A stretch of 64,000 nt of DNA from Paecilomyces variotii (Eukaryota), in assembly GCA_004022145.1 (NCBI GenBank), contig RCNU01000015.1; one strand, given 5' to 3'. Both the position numbers and the translations under genes were made by a program. This document shows, piece after piece, positions 36,729 through 51,719 of the stretch. Position 1 is the first letter of the stretch; each line of letters opens with the position of its first letter. The notes under the pieces were generated by a model, which was not told where the DNA came from, made no database searches, and saw only the letters and a program-made list of their open reading frames with translations.

Positions 36729-39406
36729 TCATCTTGAGAATGCTTTGACGACACCATCGCCGCCACCACTGACGACCCAACGGCCATCGCGGCTCCAGAC
36801 GACTGCGCATACTCCTTCGCCTCGCATTAGCCTGTGGCTGGTGATCTCTTGGGTGCAGCTACGCTTCTCAAGGGACCAAAACCGTAGACTAGCATCGTGA
36901 CCGGCTGAGACGAGTTCGCGCCCATCAGGCGAGAGGGATAATGAAGAGATGGCAGACGGATGAGCTAACATCGTGTATGTGCACTGGCCTATGAATAAAA
37001 GAAAGAGTAAGTTTCCGTTACATCGGAACGTCGGGTCTATTGACACTTACCACTATTCGCGTCGAAGAAACGGATATATCGATCTTCGTAGCCACTAATA
37101 ATCACACCCTCCACGCCACCGCTGGATCCAGTAGCTCCATGAACCACTTCTTCATCGGCGAGCGTTCTGCTTGGGTCGAGGTCGGCGGTCCCGTCGAAAC
37201 CAATTGTAGTTGCAACTACAGAGTTCACGCCTGTCGATGGAGTGCCATCGTAGGTTTCCAGACTGGCCATGCCCACAACCTCCTCTCCAGTTCTGGTATC
37301 ATAAACCAGAATTGATGCGTCCGTGTAGGAGACGACGAAATTGACTCCTGCAAGTGATAGAGGACTAATGCATGTGGGAGCTGGCGAATCGGTCCTCACA
37401 ATGTGATGAACGAGGGTAGAATAGAACGGGGTAGTTGTCGCAGTGCTCGGCTGCGGTGACGACGGGAAATTCGAGCCCGATGAGATGGAATTCGCCCGTC
37501 GACTTCCGCCTGCTCTTCGAGAACCAGCTTGGGGAGACGTAAGTTGAGGTGGTGCACTCACAGCCCAGATCAATATTCTACCGTCTGAGGCACCAGAAGC
37601 AAGCAGAATTCGGTCAGGCCCTCCGTAATTGCTGCATTGTTCTCCGAACACCGATCCTGCGGTGCCAGGAAGAACGCAGAGCCCCCATACCGCATCTGTA
37701 TGGCCATCCAAGGTGGCTTTCGGGTCAACTCGTCCACGCTCCCAGACTCGCACACTGGCATCTTGTCCTCCGGAGAACACCCAGCCATCTCCGAGGGCAC
37801 GGCCACCGTTGGAGAAGTTCTGAGAAGGCGGGCAAGCCGCTAACGAAGTCACTGCTCCAACGTGTCCGCGGTGAGTGAAGTAGCTTGTGATATCCAAGTC
37901 ATTACCCGGGTTGGTGCTGTATGGGCCATATCCGCCATAGGTAGCTGGAATGATCCACCGCTTGATTGTGCCGTCATCACTGCAGGTGCAGATTTCAGGT
38001 TCTGACGGCGTGCCACCGCCCGTGAAGATGACGGCACGCACTACATCCAAATGGCCTCTAAGTGCAAATCGGACCTTGAAGTTAGAATCGGTCTTCTGCG
38101 CAGAAGCACCACTGCCATCTTTGCTCTCCGTGGATCCGTCACTCTTCCGCCTGGCACCCGAGCTTTTCCTCCTATGAGAGCCAGAACCTCCCCTTGGCGG
38201 CGATTTCGGGGGTACAAAGTTGGCATTCGGGAACGCGTCTGTGTCTGGCCTATGGGACGGGACAGGTTCTGACTGTGCAACTGGTAGTGGCCGGTCATCG
38301 AAGTTCCATCCATCCGAGTCATCAGCAACCTCCTCTACGCTCTTCTGGGGCTTTGGGTCTTCTTTGATCGCTATTTGTCTTCCATATGCGTCAAATACGT
38401 GTTTGACCTGTTCCCCACGATCTCCAGCTTGCATGGGGTCGAAGGCTTGTTTCCTGCTCTCCGGAGCTTGCTGCAGCTCGATATCCCTTCGATCAGCAGC
38501 TTCTCTGGAGGTGGACGCCTGGCTGACTTGGTTTTGGGAACGTGCCATTTCCGTAGTCTCCGCGTAATTAGGGATCATAGCCTGATGGTTCTGGTATGCC
38601 GCCTCTCGAACCATTATATTGTTGGCCTGCTGCTGCTTCTGTCTCTGTTGTTGTTGTTGAAGGTACGCCTCTTCCAAGCTCTGTTGCTGCATCCCCTGAT
38701 TTCCATATATGTGGTTCGATAGGTCCTGATCCCCAAGGTCCGGGGGAGGGTGCGACGCAGGAATGACATGATACGCGATTTCCTGTGAACATTTGTTCAA
38801 GTAAACCCGCGACTTATCACGCTCGGTATCCTGTCGGAAGTCAGGGTGATTCGGGTCTTCCGGTTCCACATCCGTGTGTATTGTCGAGTTCGATGCTAGA
38901 AGAATATGTTAACATCTGCCCGTGGAAATTTGAGGAGAGAGGCACACATTTGTGGATGGACTTGAGGTTCTCCTTAGCTACCTCCTTGGCATCTCTCAGA
39001 TCCTCAACCTTTTCCCCGTTCATGAGGCTCTTGACCTTCTCGCGTTCCCTCTTCAATGCGGTTTCAAGGAGCTTGATGTGCTTGCCCAGAGATTCATGCA
39101 AACGCTTACTAGTCCGGGCGTCTCCCTCTAGCCTTCCAATGCGAGACTTCATTTCAGCCCGTTCAATCTCCCATGCATTGCGTTCCCGTTCATGTCGGTG
39201 CCATTCTGTCTGGAGGAAGCGCATCACACCTGCGGACGAGAAGGATTAGTCTTCTGTGGACATGATCACCAGCGTAGTGAATAGAACTGCAACTCGCCTT
39301 GTAGGGTGTATTCTGTGCCCTGGGGATGTCCGCCATTGGGCATATCACCCGCGCTTCCACCAAGTCCTCCACTTCCAGCCATGGCAGAGGGAGACTGCCA
39401 GGCCAT
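36729..39406 (-). CDS. strA: Striatin (STRIPAK scaffold; StrA/Pro11/Fsr1 orthologue)
   Basis: [33 protein letters not shown] striatin motif, coiled coil, C-terminal WD40 repeats ([31 protein letters not shown]). Confidence 0.95.
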
Positions 39407-40538
39407 GCGGAATAAATATGTTTAGCGTCTGTCAGCACACTGACAGATCGCGTCCAGATCCTCCGGCTAATGCTTCTGTAAGGAAAGACGGTCGCTTGGA
39501 TGATCTTGTAAACCGCCTTCAAGCCAAACGCTCTGCAAGTTGTAAGCGATTCAAAGTGATTCGAGACGTCGGGAGGATTCCGGACTTCCCCAAAGCCTCA
39601 GGAATGGGAGATTGTGCTGGGACCGGGAAAATGATTGGAAAAAAATTCACAGGCGATGAGCATGCATCAGTAGAGGATGAATCGGCGAAGAGCCAGAAAG
39701 GCCAGGGTCGGGATCCGACCTCGAAAGCTGTCGCGCGTCCTCCGTGAGGTTCGGACTTTCACTTGCTGGTCTCTTGGTTTTGTCCACAGCGGTTGGTCGC
39801 GTAGCCGCGGTGCGGTCATAGCCGCCCTTAGCGCTCTGTGGCCATCAGGACAGACGATCCATTCGAATGTTTACTTCGCTTTGAAGAATGAAACATCTTC
39901 CACATTATTCATTGCACATGGCTTCTTCTACGTCTTACGGATTCGTCAGACTAAGATAACTATGTTCTAATATCCAGTAAGCGATCTTACATGACGAAGC
40001 AGTGGCTCCACGACTTGACACACGATCGAGAAGTTTGTTTATTATATTTTAATCGCCCTTGTACATAAAAGAGTAGCTATTTTCTAGTCATACATTTAGC
40101 TTACGAGGAGACGTTGTATAGGTCTAGTACACGGGTCATGAGATAGTAGCCCCTTTCAAAGAGCCATTGAGAGCTGCCAGCCCATATCATGGTCTACTAT
40201 ATATTTATGTACGTCACTCCGTGTTCACCGATTTTCAAGAGCCCTCCAGTTCAATCATGTGCTCAGCATGCTTCCGTCGGCCATTTTGTTAACCAGGATG
40301 CAATTGACACACCCCAGCATGCGCCAACTTCAACAGCATCACTCGCTGCAGACGGCCATATGGCAGGTTATCCTATGTTTGTTCTCTGTGCGCCGACAAA
40401 TTAACCAGGGCTGCCGGAGTTGCCTAGGGAGGAGCTTAAGAGGAGGATACCCTGTAGCTGACAAGATGTCAAGTCTTAAACTTGCCTTTTACCAGACTTG
40501 GTTATAATGATTGCCGATTACTTACGCTTCTATACATA

Positions 40539-41704
40539 CTATACAAGATTGCGAGAGCCAGAGCCTGCTCCGTGGTTGCTATCAAGTCCCGGGCCGTCAA
40601 AGTCTGTCTCTTGTGGTCCCCTTTCCTGACCATATAGCACTTCGCATACACCGCCCACTGGTACGTCCATGACTGCATCTGTGCCTTCACTCCAGATCTC
40701 CTTCCAATTTATCTTGCGATTCTGAGAGCCCATTATGTGGGACGTAGTCGCCCCCGGTTTCATTTTCTCAGAGCCACCCGGGCGACGTCTGCCCTTTCCA
40801 TCGATTACAGCGATATTCGCAGCCTCATCCACGATATTCTCTATACTATTCATCGGCAAGGTGAGATAGCCTGTGTTATATGATGCCAAGGCAACGTAAA
40901 TGTATACAATTGTCATGACAAGAAACGACGGGAAAGCGAGTGACCACCAACGATTTGGGTAGTAGTATATTCCCAGTTGATGAAGGAACGGAGAAGGGAG
41001 ATAGGACCAGAGGAGATATATCACTGGCTTCAGGTCAGACTCAGACATTGCCTACCGCGACAGGATTACTACTCACAAAAGGCCAACGACGAGGCTAGAT
41101 ATAGAACGAAACCATAATATTCATACGTAGGGACTTTAGGACTCGCTCTTGGAACTGTCGTTGCTGTCCGAGCTGATTTAGCGACGGCGGCCTCGGTATC
41201 GTTGGGAGTCTCCACGTCGGAGCTATCAGGCGTTGTCGGACGCGATGTAGTCGTGGAGAAAGGGGGACGGAGAAGGGATGTCAAAGATGGTGACGGCGGC
41301 AGAGGAGTAGGAGGCCTGTTGTAGAATGGAGGAGCGAATGCATTGGGGCCGTGAAGCGAACTGGACGACTGGGAAAAAGGGCGACGCATCGCAATGTTGT
41401 CGTCGTCCGGTCCAAGGTCCTCGGCCTCGGATGTGTCTTCAGAAGATTGATTACCCAAAGAGTAGTGTGACTGAAAGTCGGCATCATCGTCTACCTCAGC
41501 ATCATCCTCGCCTCGAGAAGTAACGCTGTGGTCATCCTCATCGTCGTACTGGCCGTCGGGAAGTCCCTGCTGCGGCGACTGTGGGCCATCTGGTGCAAGT
41601 GGTGGAAATGGTTGTTTCGTCTGGTACGAAGAAAATGTGGATGAAGGTGCAGCTTGTGAGGCGGTATTAGAAGCCCGACCTGGTTCGCTCATCTGGCTAG
41701 CCAT
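40539..41704 (-). CDS. GPI19: GPI-GlcNAc transferase subunit PIG-P/Gpi19
   Basis: YEYYGFVLYLAS, IYLLWSYLP..LHQLGIYYYPNRWWSLAFP, AVMDVPVGGVCEVLY; one intron. Confidence 0.9.
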
Positions 41705-42218
41705 CTGGTCAGACCATGAAATTCCCGACTGAAGTGGTCACTACGGACCTCCGACAGCACTTGGAGCGATTGCTATGTGTAAGTAAGTACTGCCGTCACT
41801 GACCGCTCAGGCCAGGCGGTCCATTATGATTGTGGAGACGGACGCTACTTAGAGCTTCTCTATCCAAACATACTCACTCCCTTTGGGCCTCGACAAGCTC
41901 GTGGAGCTGCCCTCATGACTAACTCATATTGAAATATCACTACTTGAATCTGTCTGCGACCACCCAGTCATCGAGAGGATCGCCGAGGCTCGTTAAAAGG
42001 TGTCGTATACGTTCACGGATTTCTCGTGTCCTCACTACCGGCGTATTGTACATACATGTTTGGGTTCTTTCACTTGACAGACATACGAAACTTCTGTGAT
42101 GTTCAACTCTGCAGTTTACAGGAGGCTTAAAGTACCCAGACGGGTTCGATGTGTTATTCACTAGGGAACAGAATGTGGAAGACGAATTGACATGGCTCAT
42201 TAAATATTAAAACGTCAC

Positions 42219-45096
42219 TCAATACAAGATCTTCAACTGCCATATTGGAAGTCCAGTATCGTTCATGTCCCAGATTATTTTGTTTTTCTCATTAAGATGG
42301 GCCCCGTCATCCGTGATTGGTATAACCTCGCAGGTCTGTCGAACTTCCTCCTGACTCACCCCTCCCTTATCGCGCGGTATCCACAGTGTTGGAGTCGGAG
42401 ACCATATACACGGCTCAAAATAAGCGTTATACATCTCTTCTTCAGTGTAAGAGATTCGTACGACATCCCTGCGGACTTTTCTGCGAAGTGCAGCATAGTC
42501 GCGATAGACGTTAGGGTGGAACCACTTCCACACAGATTCCCACCGCGACTGGTTCGGATGTAGGTACCCTGCATCTTCTTTGGCCTGGAGGTCCTCCTCT
42601 TCAGAGTCCAAAGACCGTGGAAGAAAAGTCATGAGAGGTGCCATGGCTTCGTTGAGAGAAATGTGCGCCAGTACAGTAAGGATCAAGTACATAACCATGA
42701 TGACAACAGGTCCGACAGCTCCACGAATGGCAAACAGGCCGATCATACACACCACGGCGAGATATATGCCTGTCATCAGGTGCTGCAAAGCTCTGGGGTA
42801 GACCAGACCTTTGGTGTCAATCCTGAGGTCATAAACATAGAGGAGGTTGTATCGATAGGCTTGATAAACGAGGTAAAGGCCCACGAAAGCGAAACCCAGG
42901 ATCAACGGTGCAATGCAAGAATAAGTCAGTGCTAGAGGACTGTCAGCTTTCTGCATTTTCCAATGGGCCTGAAATATTGGATCAACGGGGACTTACCAAT
43001 AACACCCATATTGGCAAACACAGGAAAGACAGTTCCCCAGCTTAGCCCGCTGAGCTCGGTCCACTGTCTGAACAACCTTCTAGGTGTGTGATCGAAGAAG
43101 GTAGAAATCAATTTGAAGACCACGAGCCCCATGATTTGCACCACAGCAACAGAACTCATCGTCAGGCCCTGGAGAAGGAAATATGACACGTAAAAGTTGG
43201 ATGCTTTCGGCAAGTTCTGGGCGAGAAGATCTTTGACTGACATCGGATCTTGAATAATCTTTGCGGTCGCAGCTGAAGCCGCAGATGTAATTGTTGTAAC
43301 AAGGAAAACCTGCACCACCTGAAAGCAGAAGTGTGCATTTTGCGTGAATAACTCGACTGCCGCCCTGGAGGGTACGCCGGCATTTCTCGCCAATACTAAT
43401 ATCTATGGTCAGATAAATACTTGGAACTGTACGACAGAGCCACTTACTACGACAGATGATGGGAACCAATGACATCAAGAGCACCAGTGCCGCCGAGGGG
43501 AGTAAGCCTGCGATGGCGCCCTTGATCACACTGGGCAGATCATTCAGGAACCCCAAGAAAGGAACGACACTCGAGAGATATTGTATGTTGGAGATAGTAC
43601 CGACGATGGCAGAAGGAATGGACCAGAAGATAATGAGTGCAGCGATAGCTCCCTGCATCAAGAATTTTCGAATAATTCTCTGCCACCAGCTCAGGTTCAA
43701 AGAAGACCAAATCACCTCTCTAGGAGGGATGCCAATGAAACGGGGTGTCATATGAAAAGGTTGATGATGGGAGAGCGTCTGTAATGCCACTTGAGCATCG
43801 TTCTGCGTCCTGAACTCTACGAAAATGGCGGACAGGTACTTGGCCTCGCCATCACGATGCTTCCGCTGAAGGGTCTGGACTTCCTCGATCGTCGAGGCCA
43901 GACGAGAGCGTAGCCAGTCGATCGAATCAACTTTCTTGCCGAAAAACCGAATACGATGAGTTGGACGCGGGATATCCGGCGTCCACAAAGGTGTAGCACG
44001 TTCGCAATCAGCAGACACATCGGGATATTGCCGCTTCTTTATCGCTTTCAAGCGGGCAGAATTGGCCCTCCTGATGAACCGTGTCTCTGCCGCCTCGAGG
44101 CGATCAGCGAGACGGTCTCGCTGAGAGACCTTCTCGGCCAACTCTTTACAGTCAGAGGTGATCCAAATTCGCACTATAGCGTCACCGAAGACCTGCCGGA
44201 GCTTTTTCTCGTTTTTATAGGCATCCGGGACAGACATGAATAAGACCGTCCTCGATGAGATACGATCAGCATAGGCGGGCGAGTTCAAATACGCTTGTCG
44301 CAGATTCGCGTAGAACAGACTCTCTCGAACGAGCACATAGAAGACGTAGGCTACAAATAAGGTCAGTATATTCCCGCGGGAAGCTGAGGAAACAAACGTA
44401 CTGAAGAACGTAATTCCGATGACAGTATGGGCGTAGTATCTTTTTGGATTGGTCACATTGCTGAAACTCAGCGCATCCAGCTCAGTATTGCCTGCACCAC
44501 CAGTAACATGGATCGGGAATAAGACGGGCCAGATAATCAGACATCCAATGGCACAGGTCGTGCACATTACCCGGAGAAAACGAAGAAAAAGGTATCCGTC
44601 AAGGGAAGAATGGTGCAAGACATGGTTGTCGGATATCCGAACGAAGTCCCAAAACCAATTCAACCAGCCTGATGGGAGAGGTGGACTCCGTTCACTGTTG
44701 CATTGTTAGTTATTGATAACCACTGAAGAACCCATGTCTGGGTGAGACGTACTGTGAGTGGAAGCTCGGTAGGTGTGCCCTGGGAGCGTACCAGCGAAGC
44801 TGAGTACGGCGACATATGATAAAAAGACCGAACCAGAAACACGCGACGACAAGCGCCGGCACCAGTGTCGATACTAACGCAGAAGCAGACGTTGAGTTGC
44901 CCACTCCCAAACCATTGATCACATCTGATGCGGTGGAAGATGGGTTGCCCCGAGCTGAACCAATGTTGGGATCGCTACTCTGACTCTGTTTGGAAATTAT
45001 CAGCAAAAGTAGACTCCATATCGAATGCGTTTGAGCGATACATACCAGAGGGTTCTGCCGCTTGGCAAACGTAGCCAAAGCCTGGAGATGTTCCAT
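42219..45096 (-). CDS. OSCA/TMEM63 (CSC1/RSN1, DUF221) calcium-permeable channel-like membrane protein
   Basis: YAPR, SLDGYLFLRFLR, SSRTVLFMSVP, AIFVEFRTQ, FWSIPSAIVG, NLPKASNFYVSY, YRYNLLYVY..DTKGLVYPRAL, TLWIPRD; start codon uncertain. Confidence 0.92.
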
Positions 45097-47899
45097 GACT
45101 TGTCTCGTGGTCGTCCCCCGAATCCGCGACACATCCGCCCCAGTCAACGAGATCTGGGGTCAATATAAGGAGCGGAGTGCGTGTTTCTGCAGCCAGCCGG
45201 ACCCCGCGAGCTCATGTCCTAGGGTAGGATATTTGAGCTGTCACTGGGACGCCACCGGTGCTTGACGGGGCCAGTTGGTCATGACCCGATTGGAGATGGC
45301 GATCTGGTGGACTCAGCACCAAGTTCTGGATCGAAACGCGAGATAATGGGAATCTTTTAGGACAGCGAGATGAATCCTAGTGCGCCCATAATGGGCATTG
45401 CTGATTCGCTGTTCATGGTGAAGTCCGGACCCGAAGATAGGGTTACGGGCCGGGGAAAAAAGTAGTGAAGCACTGATTCCTTGAACAGGTAGATACAGGC
45501 CCCAGGGAGACAGGCGCGGTTCAGCTCCTCCAGGTGCCGATCAGGGACGCCGCGGACGAGGTCCGAGCCCATTGCCTGAGTGGAATCGAATGAGATTTGC
45601 CTGATCGCCCATAGACTGGTTCCTTTTGCAAGGATGATGCATTGGAATGGACATCTCAGTCATTCTCGCTGCTGAAACGCGAAACATCCATGGCCTTGGT
45701 TAGGCGACATGTGAATTTCCTATCCCATTAGGAATGTACACGCCCAGGACTTCAACGGGATAACTTACGGGGACGTATGGGGAAGAAACAGACGGGGTGG
45801 TTGGTGATGAACGGCGATTCGGGAATGGAAAGGCCAAACCCAAGGGGCTATCCCGCCCCAAGTGCGCCACGCAACCAGACCCATAAGTCAATTAAGAACG
45901 GTCGAATCTAGATGGCCCTTCTGTGGAAGGAGAGACAGTTGCGAGAACCCCTTGACAAGGCGCTTTCAAATTCAGCCTCGATGAGCGATCTAGATAGGTT
46001 GCGATTTTCCCGAGAGCCCATCGGCATGGCTCAGCCTGGAAGCTAGAGAGTCCCGTCGTAGATCGTCTTGACTAGGGCGTGTTGGGTATCGACACATATG
46101 TCATCTGAAAAGGTCCCCCGAAGGTCGTTCGCCGGTAGCTGGGCATCGTCAATTGTGTAACAATATCATTCTCCAGGACCGTTCAAACTTCACTGTCAAA
46201 ATCCTCTGGTCCAGACGGTCCGGCGCAAGGGACTGAGTCTGCTGTCCTATTATCGTTGAGTATTCTTGTTGAGTCGGAGCCATCTGCAACTATGGAAGCA
46301 GAGTCAACCAGCGTGCTTGCGAGCCACAATTGTTACCACATGTCTCCTCAGCCGCAGAACCTAACTTGAAGTGGTTGAGAGGATGCTGGCGCTGTTCATT
46401 ATTGTTCTATTTTATTTGGTCCCAGTATTTTAAACACGGCGCACGGCATGAACTCTAGTCTGCCGAACAGTTCGCCTATAGAGTTCATAAGCGGAGTGAG
46501 TTCCGCACGTTTACCCTATGCAGTAGAGATTTACGCGAACTTCACTGGTGATGGAGACGCTATCCTTTAGCGGATCTGATACCTCGCGATTTGCGGGGCC
46601 CTAGCATCTCGAAAATCTGAAATATCGAATATTTCGTGCTTTCCCCTGCGGACACGCGGCCGTTGACACAGTTGACAGATGATATATGTCGGTTGGCAGT
46701 TGCGGGCCGGTAGTGGAGGAGAAACGACAACGGCAATCTCTATCAAAAGATGCCGTGTTTCTTCAAGAAGGAATTATTGACGACGAGATCTGAGCTCTCC
46801 GGCTTCTCGGCGGCTCGGGACTACGGAGTATCCACATTTGGGTTGGATGATGATCTTTCGCCTAGCGTATCTCTCTTAAAACAACAAGCCTGCCTGGGCC
46901 CTGTGGTAAGTTCGCGATTGGCTCAAGTAGATAGATAGTGGCCATGCATGGTGAACTTGTGCTTGCCAACGTCACGGTCGTCTCTGCGGTTTTTTGACTG
47001 CTCTCACGTCTCGGCCAGGAGGGGGTGCATTTGAGCTGTATATTTGAGCTGTATGCATCTCAGCCATGGCTATCTGCATCAGTTGAGCACAAGCTTGCGA
47101 TCTTCAAGAGGTTCACAGACTCGGAGCGTGATAGCTACTCAGGAATCGCATGCTCACCTGTGCTAGTTGAGTAGTTCGCGGACACCCAACAGTGTGGATA
47201 GTTTCTGATTATTATCTAGCCACTTAGATAGACTCTGCTCTTAAAGTTGATGCATGCTCTAGAACTGTGATTGGCGGTCCTTACCATCGCAGAGGATCTG
47301 CAATGTCACTGTGGACGCGGCTCGACGTGACACATCAAGTATGACACCAACTGTGTTCTAGCAATCAGGTAATCATTAGTTCAACTCCCCTCTCGCGTCA
47401 ACGCATCATATCGATCCTGTCTCTGCAGAGTTCGATTCATAATGCTTTCAGCAATGCAGGTGCTGGGATTCGCTCACTCTGCAGCATGCGCAGTTGACCA
47501 AGTCGTCTTACTGGAACGTCATGAGATCCCCTTCCCCCCCCCGAGAGAAAAAAAAAAAAAAAAAAAAGAAAAAAAAAAGAGTCGAGCCAGTTCAAACTCA
47601 AGGAAAGGCTTGAAGTAGGCCATAACCTACTATGATTTTGGCGCACTTTCAGCATATCTCAAATTGCAGCACCACTCTCATGACTTCCAGTCGTGGTGTG
47701 GCTCACTTTATTATCATGTTGCTTCCCCATGATGTTTCCAGATGGGGTTCTAGACTTTTATGTACCTCCATATCTACCCTTGATTAAAATGGGGTTGGGT
47801 CTTTGCATAGCTGTGGGCCTGAAGAATACCACTAGACTACATATTATTGTGCTTCAATGAGCCAGCTCAGATGTTACATGCAGTCCTAACCGATTCAGG

Positions 47900-50300
47900 G
47901 TAGAGCACGTGCATGGGCTGGATGAGTGGAATGAAGAGTGCGCATAGCAGCGTTTCATGCGCCAAAGGAAACGATTTCCTCGTCTCTTATGGCTCGGAGC
48001 GGTCATGAAAAAAGTGGATGGTAACTGTCGTCCGACGAGTACGAAATCTTGGTCGTAGGATAAGTTCTCAAAGAGTGCTTGTCAAATTGAACACGGTAAA
48101 CAAAATTACCCGAATAACCAATAGTCCTTGAGTATCACTGTATTCAGAGCGTTGCAGTTCGTTGAGCCTATTTATGACGAGATGATCTTTTGAAGGACAA
48201 TTATCCCAGGTGATTCGTCAGTTGCTAGTGAGAAGATTGTATTCTTGAGTTGACGCATGCTCTCTATGATACGCGCCAGTTCGTGGACGCCGTCCTCATG
48301 TCATTAAAGACTTCCGCTGGTCCAAGGCCTCCAACCACAACCAGACCATTTCTACGTGCCAATTGTCTAAACGCCATTTCCGTAAAGGTCGCAATTGGCA
48401 TCCCGTGCTTCTGTCCAGAGGGACGGCAGGAACAATGACCAGGTTCAATCAATCCAGTGCTGACATGTTAGCAGATAGTCCCCTCCACTATAAATATAAA
48501 AGCTTTTCTTACAATATTAAACCAGTTATTGATTGGTTTTTCAGGTTGGGAGGCTGTTGGGCGATTTATATATTCCGCAACACAGTAATCCAGTTCTTTA
48601 AGTCCGTGATTCATCAACAGAAAATATGGGATCACCGGGTTCAGTTGTCAATCTCTGATACTTAAACATACCTAACAGAGGATCTTTCTGCTTCTCTTTG
48701 CGCCAAAGAACTCAGTTAGAATTTGCCCTTGTCTCGACATTTAATTCCTAGGTCCACAGAGCATTCGTCAGTCTGCCTCCAGGCAGGTCCAAGGACGGGG
48801 AGGAAAAACTCATTAGAAATCTTGATAAAATAGTTGATTCTGGCTACTCTCTGGAGCATAGATAACACATTGAATCAGGTTAGCGTAGAGATACGCGCCG
48901 TAAATAAGTAGTATGGCGTGGCAGGTCAATCCCAAAGCAACCCAAAGCCTTGATAATAACATCCTTCATAACATCCTTCAGATGGATGAGCTGCATTCTC
49001 TTGTCTTCTGGATAGGACAGAGAAACAATGCACATTAGATCCGCGCGCAGAGACCTGTAATGGATGAGCATAGGGAGCAGCTGCATCTGAACGCATGATC
49101 CCAGTCTTGCAGCGATCCTACTGAATAGGCACCTGACTGGCCATAATGGCATTCGGTGGCAAACTGTCCAAAGCTTGGCAGCGTTGCATAGACTGCAGGT
49201 TAAAAGCAGGCATGTAATAAGCTCCTTATGGAATTGCTGTTAACAAGTATAGTATAGCCTGCTACCTGATTTGTACCGGCAGTGCCTCGAGAACAGGCGG
49301 TCTGCACTGGCTATGTACCGGGATTCACAACAACTTTACACAAGGGATTAGACACAGACAGTTAAGAGAATGTTTCTTCCCAAACTAACACCAGAGCACG
49401 AGTCAGTCACATTCCTTTCCCATGTCCCTTGAACAGCAAGCACACAATGTCTTCGCGCATTATGTGATGGGAAACATCAAGGACTTGAGAATTTCTTTAA
49501 CTGATTTCGCCAAGACGCCGGAACACCTCAATTTTTGCATAGATGCTGTTGATCTTGCATATCCCTCGCATTTATTCAGCCCAAGTGAGATATATCTCAG
49601 TCTTGAGCATGATGAAGAAAGCTCTTCAGCCACCTAAACAGATAGAAAAGATACTACGCTATTGACATTACTTTTGTTGGATATCATTGAGAAGATACCT
49701 TAGAAGCTACTTTTGAGTACATCTTGAACTACTCGTGCGGATGGTGCCCTCGCCTTTGTGTGAAACTGCGCAGTCTAGGGGGGCAGTCTTCAGTTCGGCT
49801 TCTCACGCGACTTAGCACAAACCTCCTCACCAGTTATGTTCTAAGGAACTTCAAAATCCTATAAGCCGCGTGTGCTTCGTGTACATGTTTGCTATTACAT
49901 TGATAATACAGACACCAAGTGGCGGCTATCAGATGTGATGGTGCGTGATGCCAATTTCCGACATTCTGTTCTGAACGGCGGCCTATTTACCGAGTATCTA
50001 GATTTCGACGACAAGCTGCGAGACATTTATCTTAATATGCAAGAAGTATAGAGTACAATTCCTGGAATGGGACTGGGAAAGAGTCTACTATCGGGTCTTC
50101 AATACTGACACTGACAGACATTTAAATCAGACATGCAACGTGCTTTGATCAACCAGGGTCCTTCTCAACGAAGTCATTCGAGTACTGCTCTAAGAGTCCT
50201 AGGGATCTCATCGCGAAAGCCAGTTCTGGATCTCGGATATCATTCGCAAGGAACGATATCAGAACTCTGACGGAGATTTGCGCTTCTGGACCGTAGTACG
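47900..50300. pseudogene. Probable degenerate gene relics (minus ~47900-49250; plus ~49422-50300)
   Basis: Protein-like stretches interrupted by stops (HEDGVHELARIIESMRQLKNTIFSL; MSLEQQAHNVFAHYVMGNIKDL; FTEYLDFDDKLRDIYLNMQE); no family recognised. Confidence 0.3.
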
Positions 50301-51719
50301 TTGGCTACTCGGACATAGCATAATTGTCAGCAGCGAGCCGCCAGCAGTGCTTATGAAGCAGACCGCCATCTCCTTTATCTACCTTATAAACTGGATTGCT
50401 ATACACTTACTTTGCCTCTCTGTCTGTGGGTCCTCGAAGTATTCTCCGGTCAGTATAGTATCCAACCTTGGGGTGACCAGACAACTGCGCCATATGGGTA
50501 GTCATTTCGGTATCCGTAATGCGAGAATGGTTGCCGATGTTCTCGAACAAGCGCCTGATACTTCGCCGTACTGTTCATATGCGATGCTAAGAAGCTACAT
50601 GTTTGGTGCTTGATCTCGCAACCGTTCTTATACAACGGTATGTGGCATATATATATACATACATATATATATATGTATACCATACGACAAAATATGAGAC
50701 CACATTGCATCCTATCGTATACCATAGTTGCGCCAGTTTCACCGTCTTGGAGATTTTCGGGACAGACTGCCCGATATATACTTTCCAATGTACAGATATG
50801 AGACCTTATTGCGGATGATGTTCGCTTCCGGCGCAAAGAGCTAATCGGCCAATCAGCTAGCAGTAGACATGGGAAGTATGGAACTCTCGACGAGGAGCAT
50901 CCTCACCTGCCCTAACAACCAAGGAACGACAAACAAAAAAAAAAAAAGAAAAAAGAAAATACCTTGTCTATCTGCTTAACATCCTTGGTAGAGTAATAAA
51001 AATACTTAATGTTTGTATCTGATAGCCCTTAGGAGATTTTGAAGTAACAAAGACATTCCATTCCACCTGTGGATATTATTCTTCTGGCTGGACCGTTGGG
51101 ACCCATCTCGAGACCACGGTCGACTCGGCAGCGGATTCAAGCGGTCAACCGGCGCTTGGCTAAGCTCGGTGGGATAATTTGCCCGATTTCTGGTACAATT
51201 GCGGCGGAATTACTAAGAATCGGCATTTCATCTTTATCATGCTTTACCGGTTCCGATCAAAAGCCAATACCGGTTACCCGAGCCCACTGTGCCAATAATA
51301 ACGGTCTCAGAGAACAAAGATGTTCCATTTTTACTTGATCTTCACCAGCAAACAAGCCAATCGCGGTCATGATGTCGCCGGGTTGGGGCCTGTTAGCCAA
51401 CAAGATGAGAACCAGAAAGACGGTAGAAGAATCCCGTTGCAGACTCGGCCCGTGCGAGAAACCCACTGGTGCCAGTAACCTAACGTCACCACTTGGGGGA
51501 AAGGAATAGTAAAGCAATGTTAACTTGTGTTTCAAAGACATTCGATTGGGTCATTGGATCGTCGTCCATTCGCGGGAGAAGTGGATAACTGTCTGCGATG
51601 GCAGTCCTTTGTCGGCTATAAAGAGAGACCATGATCATTCCTAGCTGTACCAGGTAGTTCTCCAGATCCAGTGCTCTCTTCTGCCAATTCGAAGCAAGCA
51701 AGCAATAATACCTATCACC

